From Podarcis pityusensis (lineage: Eukaryota), in the NCBI GenBank assembly GCA_964106645.2, contig OZ067048.1: 64,000 nt of DNA; one strand, 5' to 3'. The notes under the pieces are model-generated. The model worked only from the letters and a program-made list of their open reading frames with translations, had not been told where the DNA came from and did not search any database. Each line of letters starts with the position of its first letter. Within the stretch, counting starts at the first letter, position 1. This document shows positions 54,346-64,000 of this stretch, piece by piece. A program made the position numbers and the translations under genes.

Positions 54346-54484
54346 TAGAATCCTATAATTGTAGGGTTGGAAGGGACCCTGAGGATCCAACCCCCCTGCA
54401 ATGCAGAAACATGCAGTTGTCCCATGCGGGAATCAAACCTGCAGCTTTGGCAGTATCAGCACTATGCTCTAACCAACTGAGCTA
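54346..54484 (-). mobile_element. tRNA-derived SINE with CR1-type 3' tail
   Basis: On minus: TAGCTCAGTTGGTTAGAGC...GGTTTGATTCCC, followed by a CR1-like tail. Confidence 0.75.
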
Positions 54485-54732
54485 CTGTGTTCTGTTCTAA
54501 AAGAGGGGCAAGAGCTAGGCTGCTCACGGAATTGTACAGATGAGGGAAATGTGGCCCTTCAGATGCTGATAGGCTTCAACTCCCATCAGACCAAGCCAGC
54601 ATGCCAGTAGTCTGTGATTATGGGATTGGTGGCCAACCAGGTGTTGGGCTGCAGGTTTTCACTGGAGCCAGGCTGAAAACAGGTTTTCTAAATTTATACC
54701 TGAAGAGCAATTTCTCTGGGGTCCCTCTTCAT

Positions 54733-54868
54733 CAGGTATAGGCAAACTCGGCCCTCCAGGTGTTTTGGGACTACAACTCCCATCATCCCTGACCGCTGGT
54801 CCTGTTAGCTAGGGATGATTGGAGTTGTAGTCCCAAAACATCTGGAGGGCCAAGTTTGCTTATGCCTG
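54733..54868. mobile_element. Palindromic hAT MITE
   Basis: Near-perfect fold-back CAGGTATAGGCAAACT...AGTTTGCTTATGCCTG; 8-bp TSD CTCTTCAT / CCCTTCAT. Confidence 0.88.
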
Positions 54869-54971
54869 CCCTTCATGGATCTTCATATGAAGACTTTGAT
54901 GCAGAATGTTACCATGGAGCTGCCACTTTGCCATGGCTTCCCTGTTCAGTGGTTTTTCAGATGCAATTTCA

Positions 54972-55046
54972 CATAGAATCCCAGAACTGTAGAGTTGGAA
55001 GGGGACCAGAGGGTCATCTAGTCCAACCCCCTGCAATACAGGAATC
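54972..55046 (-). mobile_element. CR1-type 3' tail fragment
   Basis: TAGAATC..AGAACTGTAGAGTTGGAAGGG...GGTCATCTAGTCCAACCCC. Confidence 0.7.
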
Positions 55047-56803
55047 ACAGCTAAACAGCAGATATACCAAAGGGCAGGAAACCCGTTCTGTATGTGGGCA
55101 CAAAGGGATCTTGTGACCCAGGACAAATTTTACTAGCATATGGTCACAGAAAAAACTAATACTACTTCTGTGTACAAATAATTAAATAGATAAATAAAAA
55201 ACAGAGTAATGACTAATTTTTAATCTCTTTTCCATTTTTTAAAAAATATCCAGAGCTGTAGAAGTGTACTTGACTAATGGGGGAGGGAGAGTTGGAATGA
55301 TGAGGTTTGTGAACTGCTATCCTTCATTTTAGCTTTGGAAGATTGAGTGATTATGAAGACACGGCTATTCTGTGCATAGTCGTCTTGATTCTTCCTGTGT
55401 GGCACTTTCTGTAGCTTATTTATTATTATTATTATTTTCTGTTTGTTAATATTGATTTAAGCCTCTTGTATAAAGCAAAAGCTTTCAGTAATGTGTCTGA
55501 AAAAATATAAGCTGCAAGAGGATTTGAAGCCGCATCCTCTGAAAGATTATGCTTTTTTTTGTATCTCTTTTCATTTTTAAAATGGTTTTGATCCCTTAAG
55601 ATGACTCCAAAAGCGACAGTAGGTGAGTGGACATTTTGGCTGTTTCATGTGCATTCCTTGAATGGAACATACTGAGCTGAAATTGTCAATGCCACCACTT
55701 CTCTTTGTCAAGTAATGGCAAGTCTGGAATGTTACCTTGATCCCTGGGCAGGGGGAAGGCTGAATGTGTCAGCTTTTATCGGAGCAGATTCTTTTGACCC
55801 AAGGTCTATCCACTAAATTTCAGAAGCTGCCATTAGCAGTTCACCCTATGATAGCTCTTACAGCATGGGCTGGAAAAATCTCTGCTTCAGACCTTGTCTC
55901 AGCTATAAACTTGCTAGGTGACCTTATCTTTCCGCCTCCACTCCCCACCTCCCCACTGTTTCTGATACATGGCAACAACCAAGTAGCTCTGGTACTCGCT
56001 GCAAATGTATGTGAAGCCTTTGGAGCAACTTTTAAATACTGAACTCCAGCCCTGAAAGGGGCTAGTTTCAGTTACCAATTAGATTACTGATTTAGATTGT
56101 ACATCTGATTTGGATGTGGTCGATGCTCTGAGTATGCCATATATTGGACCATGCCATTCCTAAATGCAGCCAGCTCCAGTCTTAGTGTGTCAACGCATGA
56201 TTTGAACAATATGTTTTGCCACAGTTAATATATGTTGATGTATTTTTATAACATTCTCTCTCATATACTTTTAAATAGATCACTTTTTTTTATTTAAACA
56301 AGCTTAGCAACAGATGGCTGATGCGGTATTCGAAATCACTGTAACTAAGGAGAATTCATTTGTTGAGGTATATTCAGAAAGTGTCCTTCCACTTCAGAGG
56401 ACATCTTTAGAAACCTGAACACTTTTTCTGAGGGCATTTTTCACAGTTCACGACAAGATTCTAGTGCACGTTAATTATTGGTTTTTAAATGCTACATCTG
56501 CTAGGCTTTAAGGTAGTTCTGTTTTAATCAAGCTGTCAAATTGGTGGTATTGTTACAAGAGTATTACCACTTCTGCCACCCACATGGCTTTTTTTCCTTT
56601 CAATGCTGCTATACGGCACAGAAGAACTGAGAGAATACAGTACACTAAAGATGTAGCTGAAGAAGGACATTTCTCCTGTTGAGTTTCCTCTATGCTTTCC
56701 AAATAGGTGAACTCTAATGGTTTAAACTGCACACAAGCCAAGCATGCAGTAAATGCTTTATGAGGTAACATGCATTTGAGCAAAGCACGGTTTGTACTGA
56801 TAA

Positions 56804-57010
<207 letters not shown>

Positions 57011-57397
57011 TAAATGGCGTGGTTTTGGCTTCAGGTAAATTAAGGGTGGTAACTTGTGTTTACATGCAGTTATGTACCTTAAGGTTGTTTTCGACAAAAT
57101 GGTTTAAAATGCCAGCACTTCCATCTATTGTAGCCATGTTATTTAGCAAATATCACATGTTGCTTGTTGGTTCTCCATCCGCAGACCTGATTGCAGTCTG
57201 TTAGTGTTGTATGTTTGAAGTGTGCTTCTTACAATTTGGTGTTTAAGAAGCTTTAAACAGGATTAAGCTTCTTAAAAAAATATATAAACATATTTGTGCT
57301 AATTTTCCTCATGCCCTGTGGTTAGCCATATTGCTTGTTTGTGAGTAGTGCTACATAACTCTGCAGTATGTTTTAACTCTGTGTCCTGGGGTGAAAG

Positions 57398-57556
57398 TCT
57401 TCTTCTTTGGCGATCACTCGTAGCCGAGTTAGATTGTCTTCCATAAATGCAGTTATTAACAATGAGTCCGTAAGTGACTGCGGAGGCCAATTCTGGATCC
57501 ACACATCCTTCACAGTGGAGACATAGGTTTCCGGGCGGAAGTTGATCAAGGTGAAC
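57398..57556 (-). mobile_element. RTE-clade LINE 3' end
   Basis: On minus, a frameshifted C-terminal Cys/His motif (NLCLHC..MCGSRIGLRSHLRTH), a short 3'UTR and a (GAA)n tail. Confidence 0.7.
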
Positions 57557-57820
57557 GTAACCTCTCAAAATCTGTTTTGTTTTCAATTGCTATATGGTAT
57601 TTTAGTTAAAGGCTAAAATTCCAGTTGCTCCAATAGCTTTCATCTTGAGAACTTTTTTTGTTGCCTATTCCTCTTACCATTTGCAATAACCCAACAGTTT
57701 GTTATGCCTCTGCATCTTGTGATGCAATATAGCAATTTATGAAGATGCTATCACAGTGTTCAATTCTTGTTCCAATATGAGATTAGAAATAAACTTTTGC
57801 CCTTGTGTGTATTCTTACAG

Positions 57821-57913
57821 GAAATTGAAAAAAGGAGGAGAATAGAAGAAGCCTACAAAAATGCTATGACAGAACTTAAAAAAAAGTCTCATTTCGGTGG
57901 GCCAGATTATGAG
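57821..57913 (+). CDS. CERT1: CERT1 exon 8 (coiled coil)
   Basis: [31 protein letters not shown]; 93 nt. Confidence 0.96.
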
Positions 57914-59607
57914 GTAGGAACTGGTGATACACGGTAGCTCTGTCCCTAGGTCATAAGCATAAGGTAGTCCTGAGGGAAATCTTAGAATACCAGGCAATGA
58001 AGTTCAAATATTTATCTTTTTTCAATATTTACCCTGGACCATGAATACCTGGAAGCAAGGTTTCAGTGCAGACTTCCTGCGCATCAAGAAAGGGTTGTGA
58101 CTTAGTAGATTTGAAAGCACAGTAGCTTAAATACACTTCTTGCTAAAACCTTTCCCTTACTTTTTAATCGGTGAATAATCGTAAGGGCGTATCCCCAATG
58201 CAATCCATTGTTCTATTTCTCATTCTAAGTCTCATTAAATATAAGGAGACTGAAACATTTGTAGCTTTTCCAGATTATGGACCCAGTTTCAAAGAATGTG
58301 GAATGCAAAAGACCCCACCTGTCCATTTTATCAGACATGTATATACTATAAAGCTTGTTTGAAAGAAGTGGTGGCGGTTAAAAGCATTGTAATTATTCAT
58401 TTATACTATGCAGATGAACCAAGTACTTCCCAGTCATGTGGTGATAACAAATACGACTAAGAAGTCGACTCCAGAGAGTTTGAAGAACGTTTGTTATAGT
58501 GTGAAGGTTTTTACAACTAAAATCTTGCATATAAACCCTTAGCTAGAATAGTAAGAGAGCTTAGGATTGTTCATCTTAAATCAGGATTCTGTTCTCATTA
58601 CTTAGGACATGTACTTTTATGAACAGCCCAACTTTCCATGTATGTGCTTAAGCATTATTCAGATTTGCTCTTGGTACTGCAACTCCTTCAGTTCCTCATG
58701 CTGTGTAAGAAAGAGGACTGGGGAATGTGTGTGTCAAACTCCAGAGTGTGGGTAGTGCCAGACATATATTGTATTAAAATGCATGAGGAGTAAGAGATGC
58801 AAAACTAGCCCAACTGTTTCATGCTGCTTATGAGCTTTATTCCCCAGCAGTTATGTGAATAAAGATGGTAGCAGAGACTGCAGCAGATACAGGCACTCCA
58901 AACCTTTGTGGGAGTAGGAGGACATTGCTCAGAAATGAGATATGGCCCCTCAAAGCACCCCTGGTGCCATCCAGTCAAGGCTGAGCTCTTTAAGAACCAT
59001 TTATTTCAGTAGTGGAGATTTTAGCATTAACTTCTGTGACACTTGACTATACAAGATGCACAGCGTGAATTGATATCAAATAATGCCAGCCGAGAAACAG
59101 AAGTTCTGGCCTTCAGAATTTCTAACACATCACCACCAGTTTGCATTTGATATTTGCTTGCTTAGTGGCATTTTCTCCCTTCCAGTATCCTTGATGTTTA
59201 CTGTTCCTTGTCCTTTACTCTTAGGTCTGTGTCCTCTTAAAATTGTGGTTGCCAGTGCTCACCTAGATCTAGTCTTGTGATCCCTGTATGGTAGTTCTCT
59301 TGCTTAACAAGCAGCTTGAACTACTACCTTAACATGGGAAGACAGTAATAGAATCCCATGTTCTCGCCACCTTATTATAAATATGTAAAAGGTCTATACT
59401 ATATATCATTACCTTTTATGCTTAATATTTAAACAGATCTGTAGAAAGTTGACGCAATTGTTTTATTTTTGTTTTGAACTGTCTAAACAGCTTTTTACAT
59501 GAGCATTTTTAATGAAATACTTTTTCCCTAATGAAGAACTTGGAGTGCATTTGGTTTATTAAAAAATGTCATTTTGTACCTGCTATCGTTACTCGTGTTT
59601 GTTATAG

Positions 59608-59718
<111 letters not shown>

Positions 59719-60201
59719 TGAAGAGCATGTATGCCACAGTGGAGTTTAATTAAGCCCCTTTAAGATCACATATTACGCTCTTGTCAGAAGTATAACCTTG
59801 TCTGTGGGTTCATGCAGCCAATATAACATTTCAGTTCATTTATTTTAGAACCTCACTTTATTATGTAAAAATATGTGTTCAGAGCAAATATTCATAGTAG
59901 TATTCTGCTGTCTATACATGTGAATGTGCTGCAGTACTTTTATTATGAGCAGAGTGAACTTAGGTCAGTTTACTAAGCTCCCTGCATTGTAACTTTTCTG
60001 TTTTGTTAATATTACAGACAAGAGACAATTGCTGTCTGTTTGCAGCACGGCCATTATCTTTAAGGCTTTGCATTCTTAACTTACGGGCTGGAGTGCCATG
60101 TTGTGCCTGCCATAGATAGATAATAATTTTTAGCATTTCTGTGGTAATTGTTCACGATATCTCCAAAATTACAAACTAATAATTATACCTTGTTATTTTA
60201 G

Positions 60202-60294
60202 TCCCAGAGTGAAAAGGTCAGATTACACTGGCCATCATCATTGCCACCTGGTGATGCATTTTCTGGTGTGGGGACTCACAGATTTGTCCCAAAG
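60202..60294 (+). CDS. CERT1: CERT1 exon 10; gene continues beyond window end
   Basis: [31 protein letters not shown]; 93 nt; attttag / GTAAGA. Confidence 0.95.
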
Positions 60295-60741
60295 GTAAGA
60301 TGTTTCCTAGGCTCTCCTTGATGGGAAATCATTTTGTTGTATTCCAGTGTAACTAGAATGAATTGCTTGTGATGTAATCCATTGCTCTTCCTAATAGGTC
60401 CTTGAAATTGCTTTTAACTTTGGGGAAGGAAGCTGGCTTGACCTTGAAACACTTCTTCTGTTAAACTTTTGTGCTTGGAAATTATGCTTTAAAAATTCAC
60501 AACTTGGGGAGAAAGTTTCTTTTTTCAGATTTCCACAAGCCCTTATTTTGCACGCTGTTGATGATGGTGCATTTTGAGCCAGTGAAAATTTATTTTGCAT
60601 CAAATCTAACCATCCTCATTTAGCATCAGGGAGAGAGAATTATGTACAGGGCAGTGTTGGGAGCATAATACATAATAGGTGCATGAAGTCAGCATTTGCT
60701 GCTGTACTCCCTGCTTACGATGCTTTTGTTCTTCCTTTTCT

Positions 60742-60929
60742 NNNNNNNNNNNNNNNNNNNNNNNNNNNNNNNNNNNNNNNNNNNNNNNNNNNNNNNNNNN
60801 NNNNNNNNNNNNNNNNNNNNNNNNNNNNNNNNNNNNNNNNNNNNNNNNNNNNNNNNNNNNNNNNNNNNNNNNNNNNNNNNNNNNNNNNNNNNNNNNNNNN
60901 NNNNNNNNNNNNNNNNNNNNNNNNNNNNN
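60742..60929. other. Assembly gap (188 N)
   Basis: Run of N characters. Confidence 0.99.
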
Positions 60930-62240
60930 TGGCTTTACATATCTTTATGCTGTATTTCATCTTCTTTATTGCCTCTGTTTCCCCTGTTATATTGCCCATT
61001 TGTACTTGTTTTAAACAAGTTGCAAATGAACCCATAAAAAGGAAGTGCATATTCCAAAACTTTTTATCGTTTCATTGTTTCTACACTTAGCACTCCATGC
61101 CAAGGTCCTCTTCTGGAAAAAGAAGCAGCATTAATTTATGGAAGATAAATTAAACATGTTAGCTTTTTCATATCCTGCTTTCTGGATATGAATAACTTAC
61201 CATAAAAGCAGCAGGACACCTGGTCTGTGTAGGATGCAGAGGAATTTGGTTTCAAAATAGCTGCTGTTGTATATAAACCAAAGATGTTCCCAAATGTATT
61301 TAAATTCTCCATTTGCAACAATTCAGTACTTCTAAGTTAAGCAGCACCACTTTTCCCAAGCATCTGTGCTCAGAAAATCCTAATTGTTAAATTTGTAAAT
61401 TTAGTTAAACTTAAGCCTAAACTGTCCTAATGAAATTTACCATGGGAGGTCTGCAGTTAGTATCTTCTCCCTTGTTTGGAAACAGCACAATACTGAATAT
61501 TTTCAATCTCTTAAGTAGTACCTCACTTTGGAGATATACTAGTGGTCAGTTGACTTTAGAATGGGATATCAACACAAACTATATTTGTAGCAGGCTCAAA
61601 CATACTGACTTCCTCTGTCTTGTCCAACCTTGCTTTTTTCTTTGCAAATGAGTTTTCTTTAGGTGCTCCAAATTGCAGAAGACTTCTCCCATCAGTTAGA
61701 AAGGAATACGGCTGTAAAATGTTTATTAAATTCTATGTAGTGGTTCTAGTAAAAGTCTGAAGATTTTTCACTGTTCTTTTTAGATAGTAGTTGGTTTGTA
61801 GTTAGAATTCAATTGAGAATTATGCACCACATGTTCCATATTAGAAACCAAGCCATATGGGAAACCAAACCAAATCTCTGTTAACTGTTGATGATGTACC
61901 TTCTTAGACCAATGCTTATGGAAAGTATTTTGGGTGTTCTGTGTAGACTAAAACGGTGCTATCCATTGTACTTCCGCTTATACAGCCAGAGGCACTACAC
62001 ACTGAAGCCCACCACAAAGTAGCCCAAACTAGTGTTTGAGAAACACTGATCCAGAATCTCTGTTACGTGTGTGAATGGAGGATCACATTGCTTGCATACT
62101 GTTAAATTGGACTGAAAAAATGCACATACCTCGCTCTGTGAACCCTTGTTTTCAGACTTTGTCATTTTGGGAGTTGGCTGCTTTATTTTGTTTGTCAACT
62201 TCAGTTTCTAGATGTTAATGCAATGTGTAAGCTAGATAGT

Positions 62241-62265
62241 GATTAGATTAGATTAGATTAGATTA
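62241..62265. repeat. (GATTA)5 microsatellite
   Basis: Direct reading. Confidence 0.9.
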
Positions 62266-63544
62266 TTTAAATTTTATACTGCTTAATATATTGAAAATAT
62301 CTCAAAGCGGTCTTCACACGAACATGCACTAGTTTGAGAGGGACATTTGAAGTGTGCAGAGGTAAGGGAAAGTCATTCTGCTTGGTCTGTTGCACATAAT
62401 AATAAATTGTTGGAATTTGATGGCTGTTTCAATAGGCACAGCTACCATTGTTTTTTACTTACTGTGTCTCTAGAATTATTGCTGTCACACTTGACATAAC
62501 TGGTGAATGTGACCTCTAAATTTCTAGGTGCTATGCAGCAAAGGATAAAATTTAGAAGTAGACTAGTGTCTGCTTTCAAGACTAGATTGACATTCCAGAA
62601 AGAGTATCATGGAAGTTTGGTTGTCACTATATAGCTGTCACTATATAGACAAGTAATATACAGCCCAGCATAAATTTATTACAGTCAACATGCAGTCACT
62701 GGTTGTGATACTTCTCTGTCTGGTGACAAAGGCAGGAGTGAAAAGATATCTAGGAAGTGGGTGGCCCCCTTCCATTATTTATTTATTTTACTTCTGACTG
62801 ACGAAGCAAACTGCATCTTCCCCAATCAGGCTAAAGATATGTGATGGTTAACTAGTAGAATATATGGTTTACTGACCAGGGTGCTAAAGAGTTTTGAATG
62901 CTGATATGGACAATGCTGTGTCCTTTTTTGTGATTCTGGATGAGCCCAGAAAAGGCACATAATTCACAGGAATCTTGGCTGATTGTTTTTAAAAAATGTT
63001 TAACCCTTACAGCTACAAGGATATATTTGAAATCATGTGGAAGATGCCTGCAAAGGATCTCACAAACAGGAGTGGTGGTATTTGTAGAAAGGGATTCAGT
63101 ATTCTGCACGACTTCTTGCCCAGCAAAAATAAAAATTAAAAAAAAATAGTAAACATTGTGAACAAATTCTGCATGAAAAAAGAATTCAACTTGCATAATT
63201 CATATTTGTTCAACCTGCATAATTTATAGGGGCTTCAAAATTGAGTTTTCATTGTTGTGCCGGAAGTTGGGCACGCACCGCACACAAACTGGGCTGGCTG
63301 AGAACCTCCCTGGCTAGGAGTCATTACTACTGACTGGCTTGGTTGGCACATAATGCTTTGTTTGATCATCCAGACCCAGTGGCTTAGCTTATTTACTGCC
63401 AGCTGACTAGAATCTGAAACAATTGTTTGTTGTTGGCTTACAGAATCTAGTTTCATAAATCTGGGGGACGAGTTAGCTTTATGTATGAAACAGAGCACTC
63501 TAAAAGAGAAAACAAGAAGTATGAGATAGAAATTCACTGTGCTC

Positions 63545-63890
63545 TGTCTGGGGCTGTCCAAGATGCTCCAGGGACTGCAGCTGCACAGGTGTCGATGTGG
63601 CCTGTGAGCAACAATTCTAAAGCATCTGCATTTGATGCCTTTATCTCAGTGAACCCAGTTTAAGGTGTTGACTTTGATATATAAAAACCTGGATGCCTTG
63701 GGCCCCAACTACCTGAAAGAGTGTCCATCCCAATACTAGCCAGCCTGTTTATTCAAATCTGTCAGGGAAGCCTTATTAGAAGCCCCATCACTGGTGGAGG
63801 TCTGGTTGGCAGGTATCTGTAGCAGGGCCTTCTCAGTAGTGACGCCCCAGTTCTGGAATCCCCTCCCCCCTGAGATTAGACAGGTATAGA
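63545..63890 (+). mobile_element. L2 LINE 3' ORF remnant
   Basis: Degenerate ILKHLH..P....QFKVLTLIYKNLDALGPNYLKE and RAFSVVTPQFWNPLP motifs typical of the L2 C-terminus. Confidence 0.75.
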
Positions 63891-64000
63891 CACTGGGAGG
63901 TGGTTAATGTGCCTTTTCTTAACAGTGGTGATTTTATACATTTCAGATTAAGGGAGATAGCTGGTAATGATTTTTTTAAAATTTACATTTGTATTGCTTG

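Noticed and set aside
54695-54742. Hammerhead-like CTGATGA...GAAA hairpin on the minus strand
   Set aside because: The motif is created by the junction of the MITE TIR with its target site, and no proper stem II/III is evident.
60679-61090. ORFs spanning the N run
   Set aside because: Artefacts of translating N.
61091-61153. Good acceptor followed by HSMPRSSSGKRSSINL, loosely resembling CERT1 exon 11
   Set aside because: Reaches a stop at 61151 with no suitable in-frame donor, and the similarity is weak for an otherwise highly conserved gene.

Overview
Vertebrate genomic DNA, not prokaryotic. The repeat content (Sauria SINEs, tRNA/CR1 SINEs, lizard-type hAT and Tigger MITEs) points to a squamate, probably a lacertid lizard (inference). 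The window holds the head-to-head gene pair POLK (DNA polymerase kappa, minus strand; coding exons 2-11 in human numbering, 548-17666, 3' end outside the window) and CERT1/COL4A3BP (ceramide transfer protein, plus strand; coding exons 1-10, 25010-60294, START-domain exons outside the window). The genes share a CpG-island bidirectional promoter at about 23950-25500 with clustered ZNF143, YY1 and GC-box motifs. Introns are filled with SINE, LINE and MITE remnants, and nearly all ORFs in the supplied track are spurious. Notable points: (1) an in-frame TAA in the expected 5' part of POLK exon 7, which may be a nonsense allele, a sequence error or a shifted acceptor; (2) a 188-N gap right after a polypyrimidine tract where the alternative CERT1 exon 11 is expected; (3) two uORFs in the CERT1 leader, one in frame with the main ORF; (4) a MITE 37 nt from the acceptor of POLK's first coding exon, and inverted MITE copies flanking POLK exons. 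I found no convincing evidence of a wholly new biological system. Comparisons with human sequence are from memory and need confirming by alignment.
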